From Anaerolineae bacterium (GTDB lineage Bacteria > Chloroflexota > Anaerolineae > B4-G1 > DUEL01), in assembly GCA_025062415.1 (NCBI GenBank), contig JANXAH010000037.1, positions 1 to 54,873 of the forward strand: a stretch of DNA of 54,873 nucleotides, read 5' to 3'. A program made the translations under genes and the position numbers. Numbering within the stretch: position 1 is the first letter of the stretch; the number at the start of each line of letters is the position of its first letter. Positions 18,826-28,258 of this stretch are shown here, piece by piece. The notes under the pieces are model-generated. The model saw only the letters and a list, made by a program, of their open reading frames with translations, was not told where the DNA came from and made no database searches.

Positions 18826-20106
18826 ATGCGCAAAGTTATCCTGCGAGACCGACGGTTGATTTCCCCATTCAACGAGCCTGCACGGGAACTGAGGGTCCTG
18901 AATAAACCTCTCTGGCTCCATCAGCGAGACCTTTTGGCCCCCTATGTAACCCAGGAGCGGGAAGTAGATTCTTTCAGTGAAATTGGCTCGGAACGGGTAG
19001 AGACCCTTGTCTACCGCGAGAATCTCTTCTTTGACGAGTACTTCATCCAAGACTTCATCCAGAAAGCCCGTCAGTTGGGGAAGGCTTGCCAGGTCGCTTT
19101 CCCGCTGGACGACAAGGCTATTGTCGCCCATGCCCTTCCCCTTCAGCAAACCATCCGCCGGGAGGGGAACTACTACGTGGCGGATATGTGGTACTTCCCC
19201 CACGGGATTGAGGAGACAGTTCGCCCGCTGGTGATGCACACGGAGCCCCGGGAGATGGGCTACTACCGAATCCCCACCCATATGTCCAATGTCCTGGGGG
19301 ATCTGGTCTATCAGGTTCCGACCCGCGCTTTTCTGGCGATTGAGTCCTGGGTCCATGTCCTCCTGGCGAACATCATCTTCGGCGTCTTTGCGATGGCGGC
19401 CCGGCTGGACCGGGCAATTGAGCAGAGCGTCTGGCTTCAGTTGAAACTTTTCTGGCGTGCGCTTCTGGAACAGAAGCAGGTGCTCTCTTCTTCCGCCGTC
19501 GTTAAAATCGGCAAAAACTGCTCCATTGACCCCAGCGCGATTATCCGTGGGCCAACCATTATTGGGGACAACGTAGATATTGGCCCCGGTGCGGTCATTG
19601 ATGTTTCCGTCATTGGCAACAACGTCACTATTTCCGACGGCTGCCACGTGATGCTCAGCGTGGTGAGCGACCGGTGTTTCCTGCCCTTCCGCGCCTCCCT
19701 GTTTGAGACGGTCCTAATGGAAGACACGATGGTCGCTCAGAATACCTGTCTGCAACTGGCCTGTGTGGGCCGGAGCAGTTTTATCGGCGCAGGGACTACG
19801 TTTACCGACTTCAACCTGATTCCGAAGCCGCTCCGGGTGATGCGCGGAGACAAGCTGGAGCCGACAGGAATGACTGTGCTGGGTGGGTGTGTGGGCCATC
19901 ACTGCCGCATCGGTTCCGGGATGGTCGTCTATCCGGCCCGGACGATAGAGTCCGATAGTATCCTCGTCGCTTCGCCCCGACGGCGAGTGATTATGAAGAA
20001 CGTCTCCTACGAAGAAAGCGACGTTTTCCGGATTCCGGGCGCAGCACGCCTCCATCCGCGCCTTTACCCGCGGCCGGATGAACTCAAGAGTCAGAGAGAG
20101 GAGTGA
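18826..20106 (+). CDS. Left-handed beta-helix (hexapeptide-repeat) protein with an N-terminal degenerate nucleotidyltransferase-like domain
   Basis: Hexapeptide repeats: VKIGKNCSIDPSAIIRGPTIIGDNVDIGPGAVIDVSVIGNNVTISDGCHV..., with later repeats GGCVGHHCRIGSGMVV. The N-terminal VILRDRRL lacks a GxGTR signature. Confidence 0.75.
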   Translation: MRKVILRDRRLISPFNEPARELRVLNKPLWLHQRDLLAPYVTQEREVDSFSEIGSERVETLVYRENLFFDEYFIQDFIQKARQLGKACQVAFPLDDKAIVAHALPLQQTIRREGNYYVADMWYFPHGIEETVRPLVMHTEPREMGYYRIPTHMSNVLGDLVYQVPTRAFLAIESWVHVLLANIIFGVFAMAARLDRAIEQSVWLQLKLFWRALLEQKQVLSSSAVVKIGKNCSIDPSAIIRGPTIIGDNVDIGPGAVIDVSVIGNNVTISDGCHVMLSVVSDRCFLPFRASLFETVLMEDTMVAQNTCLQLACVGRSSFIGAGTTFTDFNLIPKPLRVMRGDKLEPTGMTVLGGCVGHHCRIGSGMVVYPARTIESDSILVASPRRRVIMKNVSYEESDVFRIPGAARLHPRLYPRPDELKSQREE

Positions 20107-21179
20107 CGTTGGATTCCTTTGCCTTCATCCTCCATCCTCTGGACCCGAAGGCCGATGTGGCGCGGAAATACCCGACGCTGGCCCGGATTCTGCCTGTTGG
20201 AATGATTCATTTTCTTTCTCTCTACTGGCCGCCACTGGTCCTGGCCCACGTGCGCGGGGTCCGGTCGGAAGCGACCGGGAAAGAGGTAGAGGGATGGCTC
20301 CTGGCTTGTCCCCTCACCGCCCGGCGGATGCTTCAGGTCCCGCCGCAGGTCGCCTACCGGAAGATCATTCAGACGGGGCGGCTGGCAGAGCGATTGGGGG
20401 CCCGGATCCTGGGCCTGGGCGCATATACTTCGGTGGTGGGCGACGGAGGTCTAACGGTCGCGCAGGCCCTTCAGATTCCCGTCACTACCGGCGACAGTTA
20501 CACAGCGGCTCTCTCTGTCCAAGCGCTGCTGGAGGCCGCTGCGCAGGTGGGCATCGTTCCGGAGCGCGCTACAGCGGCCGTCGTTGGGGCCACGGGAGCT
20601 ATCGGCGGGGCTTGCGCGGGGCTTCTGGCCCCGCGTGTCCGGCGGCTCATCCTGGTCGGGCGCCGCGCGGAGGTCTTGAGAGAAGCACGACAGCGGCTCT
20701 CTGCCCTCGCCGCAGGTCCAGTAGAGGTCACTACCGACACAGCAGAGGTTCGCGCTGCCGACTTGATCCTGACAGCCACCAGTGCTGGACGCCCGATCCT
20801 GTTTCCGGAGCACCTGAAGCCAGGGGCTGTCGTCTGCGATGTGGCCCGGCCGCGGGACGTCTCCCCGCGCGTTCATCAGGAGCGGGATGATGTGCTGGTC
20901 GTGGACGGTGGCCTGGTAGAACTCCCTGGGCGGGTAAGCCTGGGGTTTAACTACGGGCTGCCGCCAGGGCTGACCTTCGGCTGCATCGCCGAGACGATCG
21001 CACTGGCCCTGGAGGGCCGGTTTGAAGACTACACTGTGGGCAAGATGCTGGACTTGGCGCGGGTACAGGAGATAGAAGAAATCGCAACTCGCCACGGTTT
21101 TCGCCCCGCGCCGCTGCACAGTTTAGACCGCCCGGTCCCTTTGGAGCGTATCCAGGCCGTCCGCGCCAGGTGGGCCTGA
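20103..21179 (+). CDS. Homolog of cyanobacterial acyl-ACP reductase (AAR; COG5322 predicted dehydrogenase family)
   Basis: Collinear by-eye match to Synechococcus AAR: FAFILHP (FGLIGHL), VVGATGAIGGACAGLL (VVGATGDIGSAVCRWL), VVDGGLVEL, FGCIAETIALALEG (FACFAEAMLLEFEG), RHGFRPAPL (RHGFQPLAL). Cys codon at 20982-20984 is residue 294. The GTG start overlaps the upstream stop (GTGA). Confidence 0.8.
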   Translation: MTLDSFAFILHPLDPKADVARKYPTLARILPVGMIHFLSLYWPPLVLAHVRGVRSEATGKEVEGWLLACPLTARRMLQVPPQVAYRKIIQTGRLAERLGARILGLGAYTSVVGDGGLTVAQALQIPVTTGDSYTAALSVQALLEAAAQVGIVPERATAAVVGATGAIGGACAGLLAPRVRRLILVGRRAEVLREARQRLSALAAGPVEVTTDTAEVRAADLILTATSAGRPILFPEHLKPGAVVCDVARPRDVSPRVHQERDDVLVVDGGLVELPGRVSLGFNYGLPPGLTFGCIAETIALALEGRFEDYTVGKMLDLARVQEIEEIATRHGFRPAPLHSLDRPVPLERIQAVRARWA

Positions 21180-21227
21180 AAGCCTGGCCGCTGCAAAGGG
21201 GTCTATCCTCTGAAAGGGGGAGGCATT

Positions 21228-22121
21228 ATGGGAAAACCGAGAATTTTGGTAGTAGAAGATGATTTTGACATCTCTAACATGCTGCGCATCTACTTTCAGA
21301 GCCAGGGGTACGAAGTGGCTGTGGCCCCGCGGGGCAGCGATGCACTGGAGATGTGTCGTCAGCAGTTGCCCAACATCGTCGTCCTGGACATTATGCTTCC
21401 GGACATAGATGGCTATGAGGTCTGCCGACAGTTGCGCAGCAACCTTCGCACCAGCCATATCCCTATTATCTTCTTAACCCAGAGGGACGAGCGGTCGGAT
21501 AAAATCCAGGGCCTGGAACTGGGGGCCGACGACTACATCACCAAGCCCTTTGACGTAGAGGAACTGCGCCTGCGGGTCAAGAACGCGATCAACCGTGCCA
21601 CCTACGAGAGTCTGACCAATCCTACCACTGGACTTCCCAGTTCCCGGCTGATAGAGGACCAGTTGCGGCGCTTACTCCAGCGGGATAATTGGGGCATCCT
21701 CTATATCGGCATTGACCGGTTGGAGGAATTTCGGGAAGTCTACGGCTTCATTGCGGCCGACGAGGTCCTTCGGCATACTGCGATGATTCTGGGGGAAGCC
21801 GTAGATGTCCTGGGAACCCCGGATGATTTCATCGGCCATGTCGGCGGAGATGACTTTCTCATCATCACCCGCAAAGACCTGGTTCGCCCAATGGCCCAGG
21901 ACCTGATCCGCCGTTTCTCCGAAGGTATCCTCACCCATTACGACTTCAAATCCCGCCAGCGCGGCTATATCGTGTTGCGGGACGAGCACGGGAATGAGCG
22001 CCAGGTTGGACTGATGGAACTGGTTATCGGTGCCATCACCAGCGATGATGGCCCCTTTACCGACATCCGGGAAATTACTGAGGCAGCAGCAGCTGCCCGT
22101 CGGGAGCGACGGTTGGTGTAA
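21228..22121 (+). CDS. Response regulator with a GGDEF-like output domain (motif GGDDF)
   Basis: RILVVEDDFDISNML...VLDIMLPDIDGYEV receiver, then TGLPSSRL...GHVGGDDFLIITR (GGDDF at 21843-21857). RBS GGGGGAGG. Confidence 0.85.
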   Translation: MGKPRILVVEDDFDISNMLRIYFQSQGYEVAVAPRGSDALEMCRQQLPNIVVLDIMLPDIDGYEVCRQLRSNLRTSHIPIIFLTQRDERSDKIQGLELGADDYITKPFDVEELRLRVKNAINRATYESLTNPTTGLPSSRLIEDQLRRLLQRDNWGILYIGIDRLEEFREVYGFIAADEVLRHTAMILGEAVDVLGTPDDFIGHVGGDDFLIITRKDLVRPMAQDLIRRFSEGILTHYDFKSRQRGYIVLRDEHGNERQVGLMELVIGAITSDDGPFTDIREITEAAAAARRERRLV

Positions 22122-22130
22122 ATTTTCCCT

Positions 22131-25100
22131 ATGGTCCTGCTGAAGCAACTGCAGAACTGGTTCAAGAGAAATCAAAAAGAGCGCAATGACATCCAAGGGA
22201 AATGTTCCACCTTCGGACAGGATGTAGCCTCCCCCTTTGCGCTGACTTTTGAAGAAATCAAAGTCCTGGAGGAGATTTCCCGGACCATCAGCGCGAGTTT
22301 GGTCCTGGAACAGACACTTCGTGACATTCTCACCTCCGCCCGCCGCCTCATTGATTTTGATATGGCGGAAATCACCCTCTGGGATCCCGCGCGGCGTTGT
22401 CTGGTCAGTCGGGGCTCTCTGGATGCGGAGACCTACCATGCAGAGGTTGGCACCGTCTATCGTCTGGACGAAGGTTATTCCGGCTGGCTGGCCCGTCACC
22501 GTCAGCCCCTCTTGATTCCCGACATCGCTACCCGCCACGACGTTCGCCCCAAACTGGACCGGCCCGATTTCCCCTTCCGCTCGTTCCTGGGGATTCCCCT
22601 GAGCGGACCGGAAGGGTTCATCGGCACGCTGGAATTGATCAGTTATCGCCCTTATGCCTTCTCCGAACGCGACCTGCTGTTGCTGCAGCGGATCGGAGAA
22701 CATGCTGCTCTGGCCATAGAGCACGCTCGGCTATACGAGGAGACACGCCGCCGGGCGCTGGAACTGAGCACCCTCGCGCGCGTTGCCACCACGGTTATCT
22801 CCACACTGGACCTCCATCAGGTTCTGGAGACAATTGCCTTCTCCGTACTGGAAGTTACCGGATGCGACGCATCTGCCATTTTCGTCTTGGATGAAGAGGC
22901 ACGCGTGCTGCGTCTGGCGGCGACCCGTGGGTTAAGTCCGGAATACATCCGTCGTTCCCAGACGCTTCCGGTGGAAATTGGTGGGCGGGGGCATGCCGTC
23001 GCGATCGGTCAAACAGTCATCGTGGAGGACCTGAATGCCAACCCGGCGATGCGCCGGATTGCTCCTTTAGCCCAGGAAGAAGGCTTTGTCGCTTTTGCGG
23101 ATATCCCTATGCGGGTTGGGGAACGGACCATCGGAATGCTGGTGACCTTCTTTGCCCAACCCCACTATTTCACGGAGAGCGAGAGGGAACTCCTCACTAC
23201 TTTTGCCGACCAGGCTGCCATCGCCATAGAGAATGCTCGCCTCTACGCTCAGACCGAATATCACCTTCACCAGCAGCAGATTGCTCTTAGCGGCCTTCAG
23301 CGGGTCGCCCGGGAACTGAGCCGGACCTTTGACCAGGAGTACATCCTTCGGCTGGTTCTGGAGGAATCGGTTCGCATTGCTCGCGCACCTCGTGGTGCAA
23401 TCCTCCTGCGCAATGAATCCACCGGAACCTGGCACCTCCTGTTCTGCACAGGCTATTTGGAAGAAGAGCAGGCGGTCCTTCGTCGGGCGCTCCAGCACCC
23501 CGAAACTGAGGAGGTTTTGACCGAACTGGAGCGGGCCGCTCAGCCCCTCTATATCCCGAGCACGGCGAAAACTGTGCTGGGCCAGGGAGACATCCGCTCT
23601 ATCTTTCTGGCTCCCATTCGCCTGGGAGAGTCCCTGGTCGGCGCCATTGCCCTATTCAGCCATCAGCCCGACGCCTTCGGGCCAGAAGTGCGCCAGTTTG
23701 TGGAGACTCTTGCCTCCCAGGCTGCCATTGCCATCGGTAACGCCCGCTGGCACCAGGAACAGCAGGAGCGGGCCTCCTTCCTCCACCGCCGCACGGATCA
23801 GTTGAGCCGTGTGCTGGAAGTCAGCCGGGCCTTCCGATCCGACCGCCCGGTAGGGGAGGTCTTAGAAGAGATCGCCTACGCTGTCCAGGAGAGCGTCGGG
23901 TTCAACAAAGTGCTCATCAGCGTCCTGGAAGGCGACCCTCCTTATCTCCGTCGGGTCGCTGCTGCTGGTATTCCTCTCGCTGCATGGGAAAACCTGAAGC
24001 GGGTCCGGCAACCCTGGAAGACGGTGGAAGCCATTTTAGACGACCGTTTCCGTGTCGGTCGGAGTTACTATATCCCGGCTGAAGAACAGACCCACTGGCG
24101 CGGTCGGGTGGATGTCTACGAGGAGCATCTGGATGCAGCGCCCCGTCAGCCCGGTCGTTGGCATCCTCAGGATCTGCTGATTGTGCCTCTCATCGGCCCC
24201 AGTGGGCAGGTTCAGGGCATCCTCTCGGTGGATGAGCCGCGGGACGGGAGGGCTCCGGACTACCCAACCATAGAGGCACTGGAGATTTTTGCCTCCCAGG
24301 CCGCGGCCGTTGTGGAGAATGCCCGGCTTCTGGAGGACCTCCAGCGCCGTCTGGACATTCTGGCAACCTTCAACGATCTGAACCGGGCCGTCACGGCCCA
24401 GTTGGACTTAGAAAGCACGCTCCAGGCTGTAGTTGATGCTGCGGCTCGCCTGCTTCAGGCCCAGGGGAGCGTGGTCTTCCTGAAGAATTCCCAGACGCAG
24501 CGCTATGAAGTCTACGCAGCTTATGGACACGACCTGACTCAACTGCGGGATTGCTCCTTCGCACCGGGCGAGGGCGTTGTGGGCGAGGTCGCCCAGAGTG
24601 GTATACCCCTGGCTCTGACCGACGCCGCACAGGCTGGCAGTGCCTGTTATATTCAGGAAGGCGCTGTTGCTCTGGCCCCGCTGACCTTCGGCAACGAGGT
24701 TGTGGGCGTCCTGACCGCCGACCGGCGAGGCGACGGTGGAGTTGTGCACCCCTTCTCCACTGCGGACCTCGCTACCCTGACGGCCCTCGCTGATCAGGTC
24801 GCCATTGCAGTCCAAAACGCTCGGCTCTATGAGGAGGCTGTCAACCGCTCTCAGGAACTCTCCATCCTTCTGGAAGCGGCCAACGCGCTTTCCTTCACCC
24901 TGGACCTGGACTGGGTGCTCTACGCTCTGGGCGAACGGCTGATGGCCCTGACCGGGGCCGATGAGTGTGTGATCTCTGAATGGAACCGGGAGACAGACGA
25001 GATCATCGTAGTATGGGATACCCGCGGGGATGCGGCTCCTTTCGCCTGTATGCTCTATAAGGCCTCGGATCGCCCTCTCATCCGGGAAGTCCTGCTCACC

Positions 25101-27812
25101 CAGGAGCCCATGGTTCTCACCCCGGAAAATCCAGACGCACGCCCTATTCTGGAGGAACGGTCGTCATCCCTCTTGCTCCTGCTTCCGATGGTTACTCGCG
25201 GGCAGACTCTCGGCCTGGTGGAACTGGAACATCGCAGCCCAGGCCGGTCCTTCTCCCCAGAAGAGATCCGGTTAGCACAGGCCCTGGCCAATCAGGCGGC
25301 GGCGGCCGTTCAGAACGCCCGTCTCTTTGAAGAGGTTCGCCGTTTCACCGAGGAACTGGAACAGCGGGTAGAGGAGCGCACCCGCGAACTGGCCCAGGCC
25401 CTGCAGGACCTGCGGGCGGAGCGGGACCGTATAGAAGCCCTCTACCGCATCGCCAGTCAGGTCTCCGCCAGCCTGGACATTGGCCAGGTCCTGCACCGGA
25501 CGCTGGAGACGGTCGCCCAGGTGACCGGGGCAGATCAGGGCTACATCTTGCTCCTGGATTCCCGGACTGATACCCTGGTCCGTCGGGCCGCAGTGGGCAT
25601 CTCCACTCCCCTTCCTGTAACTGGCCTCCCCACCCGGTTCCATCGCGGCGAAGGATTGGCGGGCTGGGTCTTGCAACATCGGCAGGCCGCCCTCATCCCG
25701 GACCTCTCTGCCGATCCCCGATGGGTTCCGGGCCCCGAAAGTGCCCACCAGAAATCCGGACTGGCAGTCCCCATTGGGGTGGCCGGGGAGATTCTGGGCG
25801 TCCTGCTCCTTTTCTCCACCCGCCCGAATTTCTTCACCGAGGATCACCTGCGGTTGGTGGAGGCCGCTGCTGCCCAGATAGCCAATGCTGTCAATAATGC
25901 CACCCTTTATGACCTCATCCGCCAGCAGGCGGAGGACCTGGGTGCGATGCTCCGGCAGCAGCAGATAGAGGCTGCCAAGATGCAGGCCATCCTGGAGGGC
26001 GTCGCCGATGGCGTCCTCTTCGCCGACGCCTCCGGACAGATCGTCCTCTTCAACGCCGCGGCAGAGCGAATTCTGGAAATCCCCCGCCGGGAGGCTCTGG
26101 GCCGAAGCATTCGGGAGATGCTGGGCCTCTACGGTGTGGAGGGCCGGAAGTGGCTGGCGACAGTGGAGGAATGGGCCGCCCATCCGGCCGACCGGACTCC
26201 GGAGGACTTCATCGCAGAGCGGCTGCAACTGGGCGACCGGGTGGTCAGCGTCCATGCGTCACCTGTCATTCGGGGGAAAGAATACCTGGGCACCGTTTCC
26301 GTCTTCCGGGACATCACGGCGGAAGTGGAAGCGGACCGGGCCAAGAGTGAATTTATCTCCACCGTCTCCCACGAGTTGCGGACCCCGATGACCTCCATCA
26401 AAGGGTATGCCGACCTCCTGGTATTGGGGATGGCGGGGCCACTGAACGAGCAGCAGAAACACTTTATTAACATCATCCGCAACAACGCGGAGCGAATGGT
26501 GGCTCTGGTCAACGACCTTCTGGACATCTCCCGGATTGAGAGTGGACGGCTGCAACTGGACCTGCGGGCCCTGCACATCCACGAGGTCGTGGATCAGGTC
26601 GTCACCGCGCTGCAGCCCCGAGCGCAGAACAAGAACCTGACCCTTACGGCGAATGTCCCCACCGATCTGCCGCCCGTCTGGGGCGACCCCAACCGCGTGG
26701 CTCAAATTCTCACCAACCTGATCAGTAACGCCATCCAGTACACTCCGCCTGGCGGACGTGTGACCGTCTCTGCACAGATCAACGGGGATATGCTGGAAAT
26801 CTCCGTCGCAGATACAGGTATTGGCATCTCCAAAGAGGATCAGAAGAAAATTTTTGACCGCTTCTTCCGGGCGAACGATCCCCTGGTCCAGGAGACACCG
26901 GGAACGGGTCTGGGGCTCCCCATTACCGCTTCGCTGGTCCAGATGCACGGGGGACAAATCTGGGTGGAGAGCGAACTGGGCGAGGGCAGTACCTTTACAT
27001 TTACCCTCCCCTTGGCGGCAACCCGCCCGCTGCCTCCCCCTGCAGCACCCCCTCGCGCCATTTCTGTCCTGGTGGTGGAGGACGACCCGGACATCGCTAA
27101 CTTGCTGCGCATCTACCTGGAGCGAGATGGACATCGGGTTCTGATTGCCTATCGGGGAGAAGAAGCCCTGCGGCTGGCCCGGGAGGTGCACCCTGGCCTG
27201 ATCACGCTGGACATTATGCTGCCCGACATAGACGGCTTCACCCTTCTGGATCAACTGAAAAAAGACCACCGGACGGCGGACATCCCGGTTGTGGTCATCT
27301 CGGTCGTTCCCGACCGGGAGAAAGGGTTCCAGTTGGGGGCTCTGGACTACCTGAACAAGCCTATAGAGGAAGATCGTCTGTTGGAGGTCGTTCGGCGGGT
27401 CCTGCACCGCCGGGGGCTTATCCTGGTCGTAGATGACGACCGGGATAACCTCTCCCTAATGCGGGAGGTCCTGCGGCGCCATGGCTTCAGCGTCCAGACG
27501 ACGGGTCAAGGGAAGAGAGCCCTGCAGATCGCCCGGGAGACTCATCCAGCGCTCATCCTTCTGGACCTGAAACTGCGGGACGTGGATGGCTATCAGGTTC
27601 TGCGCAACCTGAAATCCGACCCGCGGACGCGCGATATCCCGGTGATCATCATGAGCGGTAGTCTGACCGACGAGGAACTCAAACGGCAGCGAGCCTTCGC
27701 GATGGGAGCGGTTCAATTTCTGACCAAACCGTTCAATATTGAGGACTTTATTCGGGAGATTGCCGCCCTGGTGGAGAAACCGAAGTCCGAGGGGGCGATC
27801 CAGAGGAATTGA
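22131..27812 (+). CDS. Giant hybrid sensor histidine kinase: 7 GAF + PAS + HisKA + HATPase + 2 REC (1893 aa)
   Basis: Seven repeats each end in A(A/I)AIENARLYEE-like helices. PAS (ILEGVADGVLFADASGQIVLFN), H-box FISTVSHELRTPMTSIKGYADLL, N/G boxes (NLISNAIQYT, DTGIGI, GTGLGL), then two receivers (VLVVEDDPDI...TLDIMLPDIDG; ILVVDDDRDN...LLDLKLRDVDG). Confidence 0.92.
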   Translation: MVLLKQLQNWFKRNQKERNDIQGKCSTFGQDVASPFALTFEEIKVLEEISRTISASLVLEQTLRDILTSARRLIDFDMAEITLWDPARRCLVSRGSLDAETYHAEVGTVYRLDEGYSGWLARHRQPLLIPDIATRHDVRPKLDRPDFPFRSFLGIPLSGPEGFIGTLELISYRPYAFSERDLLLLQRIGEHAALAIEHARLYEETRRRALELSTLARVATTVISTLDLHQVLETIAFSVLEVTGCDASAIFVLDEEARVLRLAATRGLSPEYIRRSQTLPVEIGGRGHAVAIGQTVIVEDLNANPAMRRIAPLAQEEGFVAFADIPMRVGERTIGMLVTFFAQPHYFTESERELLTTFADQAAIAIENARLYAQTEYHLHQQQIALSGLQRVARELSRTFDQEYILRLVLEESVRIARAPRGAILLRNESTGTWHLLFCTGYLEEEQAVLRRALQHPETEEVLTELERAAQPLYIPSTAKTVLGQGDIRSIFLAPIRLGESLVGAIALFSHQPDAFGPEVRQFVETLASQAAIAIGNARWHQEQQERASFLHRRTDQLSRVLEVSRAFRSDRPVGEVLEEIAYAVQESVGFNKVLISVLEGDPPYLRRVAAAGIPLAAWENLKRVRQPWKTVEAILDDRFRVGRSYYIPAEEQTHWRGRVDVYEEHLDAAPRQPGRWHPQDLLIVPLIGPSGQVQGILSVDEPRDGRAPDYPTIEALEIFASQAAAVVENARLLEDLQRRLDILATFNDLNRAVTAQLDLESTLQAVVDAAARLLQAQGSVVFLKNSQTQRYEVYAAYGHDLTQLRDCSFAPGEGVVGEVAQSGIPLALTDAAQAGSACYIQEGAVALAPLTFGNEVVGVLTADRRGDGGVVHPFSTADLATLTALADQVAIAVQNARLYEEAVNRSQELSILLEAANALSFTLDLDWVLYALGERLMALTGADECVISEWNRETDEIIVVWDTRGDAAPFACMLYKASDRPLIREVLLTQEPMVLTPENPDARPILEERSSSLLLLLPMVTRGQTLGLVELEHRSPGRSFSPEEIRLAQALANQAAAAVQNARLFEEVRRFTEELEQRVEERTRELAQALQDLRAERDRIEALYRIASQVSASLDIGQVLHRTLETVAQVTGADQGYILLLDSRTDTLVRRAAVGISTPLPVTGLPTRFHRGEGLAGWVLQHRQAALIPDLSADPRWVPGPESAHQKSGLAVPIGVAGEILGVLLLFSTRPNFFTEDHLRLVEAAAAQIANAVNNATLYDLIRQQAEDLGAMLRQQQIEAAKMQAILEGVADGVLFADASGQIVLFNAAAERILEIPRREALGRSIREMLGLYGVEGRKWLATVEEWAAHPADRTPEDFIAERLQLGDRVVSVHASPVIRGKEYLGTVSVFRDITAEVEADRAKSEFISTVSHELRTPMTSIKGYADLLVLGMAGPLNEQQKHFINIIRNNAERMVALVNDLLDISRIESGRLQLDLRALHIHEVVDQVVTALQPRAQNKNLTLTANVPTDLPPVWGDPNRVAQILTNLISNAIQYTPPGGRVTVSAQINGDMLEISVADTGIGISKEDQKKIFDRFFRANDPLVQETPGTGLGLPITASLVQMHGGQIWVESELGEGSTFTFTLPLAATRPLPPPAAPPRAISVLVVEDDPDIANLLRIYLERDGHRVLIAYRGEEALRLAREVHPGLITLDIMLPDIDGFTLLDQLKKDHRTADIPVVVISVVPDREKGFQLGALDYLNKPIEEDRLLEVVRRVLHRRGLILVVDDDRDNLSLMREVLRRHGFSVQTTGQGKRALQIARETHPALILLDLKLRDVDGYQVLRNLKSDPRTRDIPVIIMSGSLTDEELKRQRAFAMGAVQFLTKPFNIEDFIREIAALVEKPKSEGAIQRN

Positions 27813-27849
27813 GATTATCGTTTGGGAAAACCCTCCTGAGGAGCGGATT

Positions 27850-28230
27850 ATGACCCGAATCCTGGTCGCCGAAGACGAACGCGACATCCGGGAATTGATT
27901 GCTTTTACCCTGCGTTTCGCCGGCTTTGACGTGATACTGGCAACCAACGGGGCTGAGGCGGTGGAACTGGCTGAAGCCAATCCACCGGACCTGATCATCC
28001 TGGACGTGCGCATGCCCAAGATGAGTGGCTATGAAGCCTGCCGCCGTCTGAAGGAAAACCCGCGCACGTCCTCTGTGCCTGTGGTTTTTCTCTCCGCAAA
28101 GGGGCAGGATTCGGAAATTCAGCAGGGGCTGGCCTCTGGGGCCGATGAATACATTCTTAAACCATTTGCCCCAGACGAACTCATTCAGCAGGTTCGGGAC
28201 ATCCTGAACCGCGCCGGCCGCAATTCCTAA
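27850..28230 (+). CDS. Single-domain response regulator (CheY-like)
   Basis: Internal ATG 27850: MTRILVAEDERDIRELI...LIILDVRMPKMSGYE...YILKPF. Confidence 0.88.
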   Translation: MTRILVAEDERDIRELIAFTLRFAGFDVILATNGAEAVELAEANPPDLIILDVRMPKMSGYEACRRLKENPRTSSVPVVFLSAKGQDSEIQQGLASGADEYILKPFAPDELIQQVRDILNRAGRNS

Positions 28231-28258
28231 TCCTTAATCCCTACTCCTTACTCCCTAT

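Noticed and set aside
25272-27407. Minus-strand ORFs 25272..26255 and 26259..27407 inside the giant kinase gene
   Set aside because: They are antisense shadows. The plus-strand frame carries contiguous GAF, PAS, HisKA, HATPase and REC motifs.
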